Shown here in pieces: positions 29,134-39,744 of a stretch of DNA of 64,000 bases. The stretch covers positions 480,001-544,000 of the forward strand of contig JAUVXV010000001.1 of NCBI GenBank assembly GCA_030603365.1. The letters are read 5' to 3'. The notes beneath the pieces were generated by a model. The model was not told where the DNA came from and searched no databases. It saw nothing but the letters and a program-made list of their open reading frames with translations. The DNA is from Candidatus Heimdallarchaeota archaeon. GTDB taxonomy: Archaea > Asgardarchaeota > Heimdallarchaeia > Heimdallarchaeales > Heimdallarchaeaceae. The translations under genes and the position numbers were made by a program. Position 1 is the stretch's first letter. Each line of letters starts with the position of its first letter.

Positions 29134-30624
29134 ATGAGTAAACCAGAGAAGATTATATCTTTACCTACAGAAGCTATTGAGATTTACAAAATCATAGATA
29201 AGGAAAAGAAGATTTCAATCAAGGAAATAGAGAGAATAACTAAGTTAGACAGAGGTAAATTGGAATATTTTCTTAATTTCCTAGTATCAAATGAACTAAT
29301 CTCTAGATTATCTGTGGTTAGGCATCTTATTTCTCTTATCAAAGAGGGAAGAGACGCTGCAGAAAAACAACTTATAGAGAGACGAATTGTAGATGTTCTA
29401 AAAGAGAATAAGAATATTCATTTCGCAAACTTAGCTGAATTAATTGGCTGTGATAAGAAAGAAATGAATGCTGGAATTGGGCTTCTAAAGAAAAACGATT
29501 TTATTAAAATTGAGAAAGGAGTAATAACTCTAGCTAAACCAGATGCTGAAATAAATGCAAATCTGCAAGCAATCATAGAACAACTTGCAGCCAATGAAAA
29601 AGTCGACACAAGAGACTTTGATGCGATTCTTCTAGAAAGAAACCTTGTTGAATTAGCAGAAGTTAAAGATACAATTCTTGAAACATTAATTTCTTATAAT
29701 GAAGTTAAGAAAAAAATAAAACAATCATCTGAAATAAGTCGTTTAAGTCCAAATATGATTAGAAATGGAACTTGGAAAGATGTTAAACTAAAAGAATACA
29801 ATCTTGAAGTTTCACCTCCAGCTTTCTATGGAGGAAGAAAACAACCTTATGCACAATTTCTAGATATGGTGAAAAGGAAACTAGTAGGACTTGGTTTTCA
29901 AGAGATGAGAGGACCTTTAGTCGAGTTAGAATTCTGGAATTTTGATGCATTATTTCAAGCACAGGATCATTCAGCAAGAGAATGGTCAGATGTTTATAGG
30001 GTAGCTAATCCAAAAAGGGGATTTTTACCTAAAGAGAAGTATGTATCATTAGTTCAGCAAGTTCATGAGGATGGTTATGATACAGGAAGTAAAGGTTGGA
30101 GATATAAATGGTCTCCTGAGAAAAGCGCTCGATTAGTTTTAAGAGCTCACGGTACTTCTGTTAGTGCAAGAACGTTGGTTGATTTACCAGTTCCTTCTAA
30201 ATACTTCAGTATATCAAGATGTTATCGTCCAGATACAGTTGATGCTACACATCTATCTGAATTCAATCAAGCCGAAGGAATAGTAACCGATCCTTCTATT
30301 ACTTTCAGAGATTTACTTGGAATTCTAACAACATTTGCTGTTGATGTGGCTGAATCGGATAATTTCATCTTCAGACCAGACTATTATCCTTTCACAGAAC
30401 CCTCTGTAGAATTAAGTGTTGTAGATCCAAACATAGGACCAGTGGAGTTTGGAGGTGCTGGAATATTCCGACCAGAAGTAACACGTCCTTTTGGAGTAGA
30501 GACCCCTGTAATAGCTTGGGGTTTGGGTATAGATAGGTTGTTTATGGTTAAGCATGGAATTACTGACATTAGAGAACTATTCAGTCATAAATTAGAATGG
30601 TTAAGAACAGCGGGGATATCTTGA
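29134..30624 (+). CDS. pheS: Phenylalanyl-tRNA synthetase alpha subunit (archaeal/eukaryotic type)
   Basis: FWNFDALFQAQDHSARE, YRPDTVDATHLSEFNQAEG, YYPFTEPS, GAGIFRPE, AWGLGIDR. Confidence 0.97.
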   Translation: MSKPEKIISLPTEAIEIYKIIDKEKKISIKEIERITKLDRGKLEYFLNFLVSNELISRLSVVRHLISLIKEGRDAAEKQLIERRIVDVLKENKNIHFANLAELIGCDKKEMNAGIGLLKKNDFIKIEKGVITLAKPDAEINANLQAIIEQLAANEKVDTRDFDAILLERNLVELAEVKDTILETLISYNEVKKKIKQSSEISRLSPNMIRNGTWKDVKLKEYNLEVSPPAFYGGRKQPYAQFLDMVKRKLVGLGFQEMRGPLVELEFWNFDALFQAQDHSAREWSDVYRVANPKRGFLPKEKYVSLVQQVHEDGYDTGSKGWRYKWSPEKSARLVLRAHGTSVSARTLVDLPVPSKYFSISRCYRPDTVDATHLSEFNQAEGIVTDPSITFRDLLGILTTFAVDVAESDNFIFRPDYYPFTEPSVELSVVDPNIGPVEFGGAGIFRPEVTRPFGVETPVIAWGLGIDRLFMVKHGITDIRELFSHKLEWLRTAGIS

Positions 30625-30634
30625 GGTGTTATGA

Positions 30635-32329
30635 ATGGTATCAATAAAAACTAGTTATACAAAAATAAAAGAAATGATTGGTAAAGAAGTTTCAATCGAT
30701 GAATTAGGTAACCTCTTGGCATTTGCAAAATCAGAAATTGACGATTATGTTGAAGAAGAAGACATGCTTGTAATTGATATTAAAACAAGCAATCGACCAG
30801 ACTTATGGTGCGCTGAAGGCATGGTCAGAGAAATCCATGGTATCCTTGGTACGAAGAAGAAAATACCTTTCTATGAAGTTGAACCAAGTGAGTATAAAGT
30901 AGTGGTTGATCCTGAATTGGCTTCCACCCGTCCATATATCGCTTGTGCCATAGCAAAGAATATTGATATGTCAGATTATCATATTAAGCAGTTCATGCAA
31001 CTAGCAGAGAAAATAGATCAATCCTATGGAAGAAAAAGAAAAAGATCATCTATTGGAATGTATAATCTTGCAATGATTAAAAGCCCAATTGATTACAAAG
31101 TGATTGACCAATCACATGAGTTCATTCCCTTAGGTTACGAAGAAAAAATGAGCTTACCTCAAATACTTGAAGAACATGAAAAGGGACAAGAATTTGGTGA
31201 TATTGTCAAAGAATATGGACACTTTCCTATTCTTCTCTCTGCAGATGGACTGACACTATCTTTGCCACCTATAATCAATAGTAATGATGTGGGACGAATA
31301 ACAGAAGAAACTACTGAATGTCTCATAGAAGTAACAGGAACCAATTATGAAACAGTCAATGTAATTTTAAATATACTCTGTCAAACAATAGCAGATCATG
31401 GAGCAAAAATTTTCAGTGTTGAAATTGACTATCCTAAAGAGATACTAGATCGAAAAGATATTAATCCAAATCTAGAATTAGAGGAAATTGAAATTGATAT
31501 AGACATTCTGAACAAATATCTTGGAACAAATTTATCTGTAAAAAAAGCTTCAGAATTAATAGAGAAAAGGCGTTTTGATAGTGTTTCACATGATAAATCT
31601 AAATTAACTGTTGCAATTCCACCATATAGAAAAGATATTCTTCATTGGGTGGATATTTCAGAAGAAATTGCAATAGCGATGGATTTGAATAAAATAGGTC
31701 CCACTGAATGGAAGGTTCTTACAACTGGAAGTCTGTTACCTGAAACTGAAAGTGAGAATAAAGTAAGAGATATTCTATTAGGTATGGGTGGAATTGAACT
31801 ATTAACTAACACATTGACAGATCCAGATATTCTAACACTTAATGTTAATATTAAGGATAGAGAATTGGTCAGAGTTGAAAATCCTATTACTAAAACCTAC
31901 AGTGTTCTAAGAGACCAAATCTATCCTGTTCTAATAAGTGTATTATCAAAAAACACCCATGAATCTTATCCACAATCTATTTTTGAAGTAGGAGAAGTTG
32001 CAAAAATTACTAAGAAATCAGTTGTAACTCAGACAAATGCTGCATTCTTCTACGCTGATGCTGATGCAAGTTTTGAAGATGCCCACAAGTGGCTAGAGTT
32101 CTTACTCAAACTACTGATTACTTCCTACAAAATAGAAAAACTAGAGCATCCTTCCTTTACTGAAGGACGATGTGGTAAAATAATAATCAACCAAAAAGAA
32201 TGTGGAATAATTGGAGAAATAGCACCAGGAGTGCTAGAGAAAAATCAAATATGGGTTCCTGTGGTTGGTTTTGAAATTGAATTGCCTTTAATACCCATTT
32301 TACAATGTAGGATTAAAGAGACATATTAA
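30635..32329 (+). CDS. pheT: Phenylalanyl-tRNA synthetase beta subunit
   Basis: SNRPDLWCAEG, RPYIACA, SLPPIINS, PPYRKDILHWVDISEEIAIA, FEVG, GEIAP. Confidence 0.97.
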   Translation: MVSIKTSYTKIKEMIGKEVSIDELGNLLAFAKSEIDDYVEEEDMLVIDIKTSNRPDLWCAEGMVREIHGILGTKKKIPFYEVEPSEYKVVVDPELASTRPYIACAIAKNIDMSDYHIKQFMQLAEKIDQSYGRKRKRSSIGMYNLAMIKSPIDYKVIDQSHEFIPLGYEEKMSLPQILEEHEKGQEFGDIVKEYGHFPILLSADGLTLSLPPIINSNDVGRITEETTECLIEVTGTNYETVNVILNILCQTIADHGAKIFSVEIDYPKEILDRKDINPNLELEEIEIDIDILNKYLGTNLSVKKASELIEKRRFDSVSHDKSKLTVAIPPYRKDILHWVDISEEIAIAMDLNKIGPTEWKVLTTGSLLPETESENKVRDILLGMGGIELLTNTLTDPDILTLNVNIKDRELVRVENPITKTYSVLRDQIYPVLISVLSKNTHESYPQSIFEVGEVAKITKKSVVTQTNAAFFYADADASFEDAHKWLEFLLKLLITSYKIEKLEHPSFTEGRCGKIIINQKECGIIGEIAPGVLEKNQIWVPVVGFEIELPLIPILQCRIKETY

Positions 32330-32333
32330 ATCT

Positions 32334-33251
32334 CTAATCCTTTCTTTTCTCTTTTAACGTTAAGATTCTATCCCAAATGGTGTCCATCATTTGACTAATG
32401 GCTTTTGAACTTTCGGAGGTTTCAACCATTGGTATCTTTGCTTTAGTTGCTTCTTCCACCAGATATGTTTGAATTTTCCTGATTTCCGAAAATGCTTCAA
32501 TGTACCTGCTTGATCCTCTTTGTTCAATTTTTGAACCTCTTGATTTGATTCTTCTAGAATGCTCTTCTTCATTTTCTAAATAGAGAAGAATCATTATAAC
32601 GTGAGGGTCATTCAATATTTCTGGGTTCAATATATTAGGTGCTAGATGAACTCCTTCTATAATTGTAGTTTCTCTAGAATATAGAGCTGATTGAATAGCG
32701 GCTTCAACTCCAACGATAATGTGTCTGCTTTGTTCTTCATATCCCACAATTGATTGTCGTAAGATTGGATTCAAAGTTGGTTTCAAATATTTGTAAGCTT
32801 CATAACTACTACTATGAATTTCAGGAATAAGCTTCGTCGAGATTGTTTGTCTAAGAATCTCTCTGATCATATCTGTTCCAATAATATTTGTTATCTCCAA
32901 CCTTTCTGAAAGATTTGCGGCTAAGGTACTTTTACCTATGCCTGGAACACCAGCTAGTAAAATGATTATAGGTTTATACTCTTTATTTCTTTCAAAGACC
33001 ACATATCTTTCTGCAAGTTTTTTGTCAACTTTCTCAATCGCTGATGTTATTATCTGCACAAGTTTCTTCTTTGTTTGCGTTTCAGATAATGTACTAACTT
33101 TTTCAGCTACCTTATTTGCTATCTCTTGTGCTTGATTTGTATTCATCCCGATAGAAAAAAGAGATTGAGCTAAAATTCCTTTGGAGAAATATTCATATTT
33201 ATCTTGTTGGGATTTTATACGTAGAAATCTTTCGGAATGATTTTCATTCAT
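32334..33251 (-). CDS. 2-phosphoglycerate kinase-like P-loop kinase
   Basis: FSKGILAQSL (ATP-cone-like), GVPGIGKST, IGTDMIREILR, HSSSYEA, IIEGVHL. Confidence 0.88.
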   Translation of the reverse strand: MNENHSERFLRIKSQQDKYEYFSKGILAQSLFSIGMNTNQAQEIANKVAEKVSTLSETQTKKKLVQIITSAIEKVDKKLAERYVVFERNKEYKPIIILLAGVPGIGKSTLAANLSERLEITNIIGTDMIREILRQTISTKLIPEIHSSSYEAYKYLKPTLNPILRQSIVGYEEQSRHIIVGVEAAIQSALYSRETTIIEGVHLAPNILNPEILNDPHVIMILLYLENEEEHSRRIKSRGSKIEQRGSSRYIEAFSEIRKIQTYLVEEATKAKIPMVETSESSKAISQMMDTIWDRILTLKEKRKD

Positions 33252-33342
33252 TAATTACAATTAGAATTACCCATCTAAAAAGATAACTTTTTTACAGTAT
33301 AATGCATTTTAATATTATAAGCGCTAAATTTGTGGTAATTAA

Positions 33343-34236
33343 ATGGAAAGAGAAGCTCATGTTTTCATTCAGGGAAGAACTAAACAACTATTATCAAGAG
33401 GGATTCTAGCAAAGAAGTTAACCTTACTTGGTTTTTCACCTTCGGAAGGTTATGAGTTTCTTATAGATATTTATGATGATATAATTAATTTGAAGCAAGA
33501 GGTTATTTTAAAGGAGAAAATCGATGAAATTATTTCTTCACATCTAGCTACTTCATACAATGCAACCTTAGCAGATCAGTATTTGAAGGTTGAAGAATGG
33601 AGAGATTCACATATTCCTATATGGATATTAATTGCAGGAGCTATTGGAGCTGGTAAGAGTACACTATCAAGAAGAATTGCAGGAGAGCTTGGGATTCAGC
33701 AAGTTATAGGAACAGATGTGGTTAGAGACATATTAAGGAAAATCCTCTCAAAAGATATTGTTCCAGAATTACACTCCACATCTTATAGCGCATTTAAGAG
33801 TTTAAGACCAATATATAGTTCTAGGTTTGATGAAATTATTCTTGGATTTGAAAACCATTCCAAATTCGTAAATCTTGGTGTAGACGCCGTTCTTTCTAGA
33901 GCTGAAAAAGAAAATGTATCTATCATTATAGAAGGAGAACATCTTTTACCTGCTTTTTTTGATGAAGCAATTCTTTCAAAACCTAATGTTTTATACATCA
34001 CAATTTCTGTTCCTGACTCCGATTTTCATAGGGAAAACTTGAGTTCACAATATACTAAAGAAAAAGAAGAGTTACTAGCTAATTTTGATTATATTAGAAA
34101 AATACAAGAGCATTTGGTGAATGAAACAACAATTAGAAAATTACCTTTAGTTGAAACTATCAAAGGAGAAAGTACCACTAGCAAAGTGAGAAAACTTGTG
34201 ATTGATAAGATAGTATCAATAATTACCTCACAATAG
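33343..34236 (+). CDS. 2-phosphoglycerate kinase-like P-loop kinase (second paralog)
   Basis: LSRGILAKKL, GAIGAGKST, GTDVVRDILR, LHSTSY, IIEGEHL. Confidence 0.85.
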   Translation: MEREAHVFIQGRTKQLLSRGILAKKLTLLGFSPSEGYEFLIDIYDDIINLKQEVILKEKIDEIISSHLATSYNATLADQYLKVEEWRDSHIPIWILIAGAIGAGKSTLSRRIAGELGIQQVIGTDVVRDILRKILSKDIVPELHSTSYSAFKSLRPIYSSRFDEIILGFENHSKFVNLGVDAVLSRAEKENVSIIIEGEHLLPAFFDEAILSKPNVLYITISVPDSDFHRENLSSQYTKEKEELLANFDYIRKIQEHLVNETTIRKLPLVETIKGESTTSKVRKLVIDKIVSIITSQ

Positions 34237-34341
34237 GAATTTTTTAAAGTTATAAATTTACTTTGCAATAGCCAATGATGTATTTGCAACGACCTGATAA
34301 TTGATGATCGACTTTTGGCTGAGGCATTAAATGTGATAGAA

Positions 34342-34614
34342 ATGTCAGAAAACTATTGTTATGTTCACAAAGGAAAGATTGCTACAAATGACTGTGAAAG
34401 ATGTGGCTATCCAATTTGTGATGATTGTTCTAATTCATACTGGCAAACTAATGCAATTACATCCATGTTTCAACCTAAGAAAAGTGAAGAAAAAGAAATG
34501 GTTTTATGCAAAACTTGCTTAAAATCAACTCGTATTCGTAATGGAATATTTACAGGTTTTATGTTAATATTAGTTTTGGGAATGATTGCATTTTTCATTA
34601 TATCCGCCGTTTAA
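34342..34614 (+). CDS. B-box-type Zn-finger protein with C-terminal TM helix
   Basis: CYVH..CERCGYPICDDC..LCKTC; C-terminal IFTGFMLILVLGMIAFFIISAV. Confidence 0.75.
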   Translation: MSENYCYVHKGKIATNDCERCGYPICDDCSNSYWQTNAITSMFQPKKSEEKEMVLCKTCLKSTRIRNGIFTGFMLILVLGMIAFFIISAV

Positions 34615-34632
34615 ACAACAAATTATGTTGGC

Positions 34633-35565
34633 TTATCCAGTTTTTGTTTCCCTGTCAACATCATTTTCTTTCTCTTTTTCATCTTTAGTTTCTTCGAAGT
34701 TTTCTTCACTTTCCGATTCAATTTCAATAGCTTCAATTTCTTTAATCAAATCGGTATCACAAATGGGGCAAATGGTTAAATCACTTGAAATAATGGAACC
34801 ACAAGAGAAACAAGTTATTGGAAAAACCTCTTCTTCTTCCCAATCAAATGTATAGGGTTTTTTCCCCCATGATTCTTTTCTCCATTTATCCATATCAACT
34901 TCACCATCTTCAGTTAAGAAATCTTTAATATCCACACTTTCAACAATTGTCATTCTTTTCATCACAAATTTATTGTAAAAATATATCAATAGCGGGAAAA
35001 ACACTATGTGTGCTATTAATATTGTTAGAAAAATATAACTTATTGACACTTCAGTGATTTTAAGAGTAACAGGAAGAGTCAATGTAACTATAAGAGAGGA
35101 TATTGCAAAAGTTACTAACTCAAGAAATAAGAAACTAATGATAGAAAGACCTGCAATTTCTAATGTATCCTTTATTACAGTTTTTAGTACAACTTTTTTT
35201 GATTGATTCTTCACATCTAGTCTAAGATATTCAAGATAAGTTTTGAAAAGGCTCAAGTTTGTTTTTGTTATCAATGCAATAAATAGAAATGTTACTAGTA
35301 ACGAAAATAAGAACAAGAGAATACTTATCCACCAATTAAAAACGAGATATCTTAATACAAGTACTGGACCGCTTACAACGCCAAGTAGGTTAATATCTGT
35401 TTGTCTTAGAACTGAATATATTTTTCCTGACACCACAAATACAAATAACAAATAATATAGGAAAATAAAAATCAGAGAAATAATGTTTCCCAAACCTTGG
35501 TTTCTTCTTTTTATTGCCTTTTTTTGTCTATTCCAGGGATAAACTGGTTGAATAAGATTCGACAT
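34633..35565 (-). CDS. Membrane protein (about 4 TM) with C-terminal Zn ribbon and acidic tail
   Basis: Hydrophobic segments; CFSCG..CPICD; Glu-rich end. Confidence 0.7.
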   Translation of the reverse strand: MSNLIQPVYPWNRQKKAIKRRNQGLGNIISLIFIFLYYLLFVFVVSGKIYSVLRQTDINLLGVVSGPVLVLRYLVFNWWISILLFLFSLLVTFLFIALITKTNLSLFKTYLEYLRLDVKNQSKKVVLKTVIKDTLEIAGLSIISFLFLELVTFAISSLIVTLTLPVTLKITEVSISYIFLTILIAHIVFFPLLIYFYNKFVMKRMTIVESVDIKDFLTEDGEVDMDKWRKESWGKKPYTFDWEEEEVFPITCFSCGSIISSDLTICPICDTDLIKEIEAIEIESESEENFEETKDEKEKENDVDRETKTG

Positions 35566-35657
35566 TAATACAAAATTCCAGTGCAAGATATTAAATATTA
35601 TCATATTTAGATTAGAAAAAAGATTTTATAAACTGTGTTAATCACTTTGTGATACTA

Positions 35658-36653
35658 ATGATCTCTCTAGGAATTGAAAGCTCTGCTGATAAGCTTGGTA
35701 TAGGTCTGATAGATAGTGATGGAAATATTCTGTCAAATATTAGACAGACCTATAAACCACCCTTTGGTAGTGGAATTCATCCTAGAGAAGCTTCCGAATT
35801 TCATTCAACTAATATGCCTGCAGCAATTGAAGAAGCTTTTCAGCAAGCAGGAATAGCTCCTGAAGAAATTGATTTAATCTCATTCACAAAAGGACCAGGT
35901 TTAGGACCATGTTTAAGAATAGGAGTTATTGCAGCTCGAACTTTAGCTTTGTCCTTAAACAAACCATTGATGCCAGTCAACCATCCGATTGCTCATGTGG
36001 AAATTGGTTGTTTGGAAGGAGACCTCAAAGATCCGGTTGTTTTATACGTCTCAGGAGGAAATACTCAAGTTATAGCTTTCTCTGAAGGAAGATATAGGGT
36101 GTTTGGTGAAACTCTTGATATCCCTGTAGGAAATTGCCTTGATGTATTTGGACGAAATGCAGGTTTAAGTGATAAACAGTTACCTATGGGTAGAGTTATT
36201 GAGCTTGAAGCTCTTAAAGGATCAAAGTTTGTCGATATTCCCTATGTTATAAAAGGAATGGATGTGTCATTTTCTGGTATTTTAACTCATACAACTAAAT
36301 TGCTTAGCTCAAACAACTATGATTTAACTGATATAGCTTATAGTCTTCAAGAAACTGTTTTTTCTATGTTAGTAGAAGTAACAGAACGTGCTTTAGCTCA
36401 CACGAGGAAAGAAGAAGTTCTTGTCTGCGGTGGGGTTGCTGCAAATAAAAGATTAAAAGAAATGCTAAATGAGATGTCTCTATCACATAATGCAGTATTC
36501 AAAGGTCTAGATGCAAACCTTGCTCTAGATAATGGGGTTATGATCGCTTGGCTGGGAATTTTGATGCATAATTCAGGAGTTAAAGCTAAACTTGAAGATA
36601 CAATTATTGACCAACATTATAGACCTGAAGACGTTCCAGTGACTTGGAAATAA
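35658..36653 (+). CDS. kae1: KEOPS t6A threonylcarbamoyltransferase Kae1
   Basis: LGIESSA, GIHPREA, GPGLGPCL, VNHPIAHVE, YVSGGNTQ, GETLDI, GGVAAN, DNGVMIA. Confidence 0.97.
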   Translation: MISLGIESSADKLGIGLIDSDGNILSNIRQTYKPPFGSGIHPREASEFHSTNMPAAIEEAFQQAGIAPEEIDLISFTKGPGLGPCLRIGVIAARTLALSLNKPLMPVNHPIAHVEIGCLEGDLKDPVVLYVSGGNTQVIAFSEGRYRVFGETLDIPVGNCLDVFGRNAGLSDKQLPMGRVIELEALKGSKFVDIPYVIKGMDVSFSGILTHTTKLLSSNNYDLTDIAYSLQETVFSMLVEVTERALAHTRKEEVLVCGGVAANKRLKEMLNEMSLSHNAVFKGLDANLALDNGVMIAWLGILMHNSGVKAKLEDTIIDQHYRPEDVPVTWK

Positions 36654-36666
36654 ACTAGTGATTATT

Positions 36667-37977
36667 ATGGCGCTTGCAATGGTGTTTGACTTATCAAAGA
36701 AGAACTTCTACAGTCTTACATCACTTATTGCTACTCTTGACTTAGATGATGATTTGAAGGAAATAGATGTATTGACAAATGAAAATATTGATGCCAATGT
36801 GATAAAATCTCTTCTTGTTAAATACACACAACTAGTTGTTGGATTTTCATTTCGAACTGCGCAGTTACCTGAGATTTATGAAAGAATGTCTGTAATCTTC
36901 TCAAACTTAAAACCTTTAGAATTAGAAAAAGTGATTTTTATAGCGGGAGGAAGTCATCCCTCAGGAAGTCCTTTAACAACTCTAAAAACAGGTTTTGATT
37001 TTGTTTTTGTTGGAGAAGCTGAATTTTCCTTGCCTTTCTTCTTAAAACAAATAATCACAAATCAAGACGTTCATAAAACTCCAGGAATAGCATATCTTGA
37101 CGATATTGATACACATAAAACAACAACAAATCCACCTCCAATAAATCTTGATGATTATCCACTTATATCTAAATCCCGAGGTCTTTATCCACCTCTCGAA
37201 ATCACTCGAGGCTGTACTTTTGGCTGTACATTCTGCCAGGTACCAACTTTGTTTGGCCATCGTATAAGACACAGATCAATTGAAATTATAACAGATACTG
37301 TAGAGTGGATGGCTAGAAGAAAATTAAATGATATTCGTTTTATTACTCCAAATTCATTCGGTTATATGTCTTCAAAACCAAGAGATGTAAATCAAGATGC
37401 TATTGTAACATTATTATCTTCAATCCGTAAAACTGAAGGTATTAGAAACCTGTATTTTGGGACTTTTCCAGGAGAAGTTCGTCCTGAAACTGTTTCAAAG
37501 GAACTTATGAAGGAGATTAAACCTTACCTATCAAATACTAGAATCTCTTTAGGATTACAGTCAGGAAGCAATGATGTACTCAAGAATATTCACAGAGGAC
37601 ATTCAGTTGAAGAAGGAATAGATGCAATTAATATCTTGCTAGGTACCGGATTTACTCCTGTTGTTGATATTATAATAGGTCTTCCTAACGCTTCAGAAGA
37701 AGATGAACTAAAGACTATCCAAGTTATTGAAGAATTAACAAAACGAGATATTTTCATTAGAGCTCATATTTTTATGCCCCTACCAGGTACAAAATTGGAA
37801 GATACTCAATTCAAACCAGTCTATCCTAAGATAAGAAAGATGTTAGGAAAATTAAGCTCTAAAGGAAAAATAGAAGGAAATTGGACTAATCAAGAAAAGT
37901 ATGCAAGTAACGCGTGGAAAACAAGTCAGAAATTACTTGAATTTCCTCCAATTATGAAACCAAATAGTGGCTTATAA
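36667..37977 (+). CDS. B12-binding domain radical SAM protein (TIGR04013-like)
   Basis: AGGSHPSG, GEAE, EITRGCTFGCTFCQ (CxxxCxxC), FITPNSFGY, GTFPGEVRPE, FMPLPGT. Confidence 0.9.
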   Translation: MALAMVFDLSKKNFYSLTSLIATLDLDDDLKEIDVLTNENIDANVIKSLLVKYTQLVVGFSFRTAQLPEIYERMSVIFSNLKPLELEKVIFIAGGSHPSGSPLTTLKTGFDFVFVGEAEFSLPFFLKQIITNQDVHKTPGIAYLDDIDTHKTTTNPPPINLDDYPLISKSRGLYPPLEITRGCTFGCTFCQVPTLFGHRIRHRSIEIITDTVEWMARRKLNDIRFITPNSFGYMSSKPRDVNQDAIVTLLSSIRKTEGIRNLYFGTFPGEVRPETVSKELMKEIKPYLSNTRISLGLQSGSNDVLKNIHRGHSVEEGIDAINILLGTGFTPVVDIIIGLPNASEEDELKTIQVIEELTKRDIFIRAHIFMPLPGTKLEDTQFKPVYPKIRKMLGKLSSKGKIEGNWTNQEKYASNAWKTSQKLLEFPPIMKPNSGL

Positions 37978-38644
37978 CTTGATCTTCTTTTAAATGCCTA
38001 GCTCTTGCTTCTGCTTTTGCAGTTCTTCTAAAAACACTTATAGCTTTATCCATTGTCTTCCTATAACCTTCTTGAAACGCAAAAAAGAATTCTTTATCAG
38101 ATTGTGTATGAGTACTAGTAAAACATTTTTTCATAAGTAAGATATCCACGGCTTTATCTTCAATTGTTTGAGAAAATTTTCCTAAACCAAAATCTATGAA
38201 AATCAACTCATTATCTCGAATTAGTATATTACTTGTTGTTAGATCTCCATGTATAATGTCATTTGTATGCAAGATGCCAACTTTATCACCGATTTGTCTA
38301 ACTAGTTTTAATTTTTCATCAAGCGATTTAGTACTTTTCAACCAGTCCTTTACTAGAATTCCATCTATGTTTTCCATTATTATACTAGTATCATCCAAAT
38401 CAATTTCAAAGACATTAGGTGTTTTAACACCTATTTTTTTTGCAGCTATTAATAATTTTGATTCGGCAATAGTTCTACTTATTCTTAATTCTTCATCAAT
38501 CTCAGAAATTCTATATTTCTTAGGAATTCTGGTTTTTTTGATAACATTAAACCCAAACCAACATTCCTTAAAAAGAAAAGCTTCAGCTCCCCATGAATCA
38601 TATTGATGAAATGAGTTCTTTTGATCTTCCTTGTTATCTTTCAC
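37952..38644 (-). CDS. bud32: KEOPS kinase Bud32
   Basis: GAEA, KTRIPKKYR..D..LR..RT..E, IIHGDLTTSN, IDFGL, EDKAVD. Confidence 0.95.
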   Translation of the reverse strand: MKDNKEDQKNSFHQYDSWGAEAFLFKECWFGFNVIKKTRIPKKYRISEIDEELRISRTIAESKLLIAAKKIGVKTPNVFEIDLDDTSIIMENIDGILVKDWLKSTKSLDEKLKLVRQIGDKVGILHTNDIIHGDLTTSNILIRDNELIFIDFGLGKFSQTIEDKAVDILLMKKCFTSTHTQSDKEFFFAFQEGYRKTMDKAISVFRRTAKAEARARHLKEDQVISHYLVS

Positions 38645-39680
38645 TTCTTATCCCTTCTAAATTTCTCAATGCGTTTATTATTTCGTCACCTTTAGGTTTA
38701 TCGAGAATTATTTCTTTAAGTTTTAATGTCTCTTTTTCTGAAGTTACAGTCCCGATAATGGAACAAGGTATTTGATACTCTATTAGAAATTCACGAATCT
38801 GAGTAGCTTTATGGTTGTCTGTAGCTAAGATGATTAAACCTGAAGAAATAAGTCTATATGGATCAAACTGCAGCCATTTAGATAATTTCTCTAATACTGG
38901 GTGTATTGTAGGCTCTTCGTTAAGTAATATTCCCACCTTTCTGTGAGCTAAAATCTCACTCAAAGCTCCATAAACACCACCTTCAGTAGCATCATGGATT
39001 AATACAGGTCTGAATTCTTTGTTGATGATATTCGCAATTTCTGTTAAACTGAGTCTTTCACCTATTCGAATCCCTTCTTCTAATTCTTCTTCATCAAGAA
39101 TTCTTTTAATTGATTCTTTAGCTTCAGATATTATTATCCCCATACCCTCTGCACCTATCTCCCCAACAAGAAGTATTTTGTCCCCAACAGTTAATTTGTT
39201 TGGAACATAGTAATTCTTTGTAACAAAACCTATCATGTGTCCAGAAATAACAATGCTTTGAACTGATTCAGAAATTTCTGTGTGACCACCCAAGATGCTG
39301 ATTCCTAAGTCTAAACATTGTTGATGTATTTGCTTTTGTATTAACTCTATCTTACTAAAAGATGTATCCGGAGGTGCGATAATGGATGCTAAGAAACCAT
39401 AAGGTAATGCTCCTGTGCATGAAATATCATTCGCATTAACTATAACCACATACCTACCAGGTTCAGATGTGGGAAAAGTAACGGGATCTGATTTAATGAC
39501 AAGGAAAATTTCAGAAGAATCTTCATAATACTCTTGAACTTTCTGTTTAGCTAATGAGATATTTAAAGCAGCAGCATCTGTCCCTACCCTACCAGAACTA
39601 ATGATTCCTACGTTTTCATAACCTTTCATTTTTAAGATCTCTTCAAGAAGAGAAATTTCTAGTTTACCTTTGTCCATCAT
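38634..39680 (-). CDS. AIR synthase-related (PurM/HypE/ThiL fold) protein
   Basis: GKL, GTDAA, KSDPVT, VNANDI, GGHTE, HDATEGG, DPYRLISSG. Confidence 0.88.
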   Translation of the reverse strand: MMDKGKLEISLLEEILKMKGYENVGIISSGRVGTDAAALNISLAKQKVQEYYEDSSEIFLVIKSDPVTFPTSEPGRYVVIVNANDISCTGALPYGFLASIIAPPDTSFSKIELIQKQIHQQCLDLGISILGGHTEISESVQSIVISGHMIGFVTKNYYVPNKLTVGDKILLVGEIGAEGMGIIISEAKESIKRILDEEELEEGIRIGERLSLTEIANIINKEFRPVLIHDATEGGVYGALSEILAHRKVGILLNEEPTIHPVLEKLSKWLQFDPYRLISSGLIILATDNHKATQIREFLIEYQIPCSIIGTVTSEKETLKLKEIILDKPKGDEIINALRNLEGIRSER

Positions 39681-39744
39681 TATTCCAATAAATTCAGATT
39701 TCTAAAAGTTTTTTACAAATGATAAAAACTATTTTTTTAAATTT

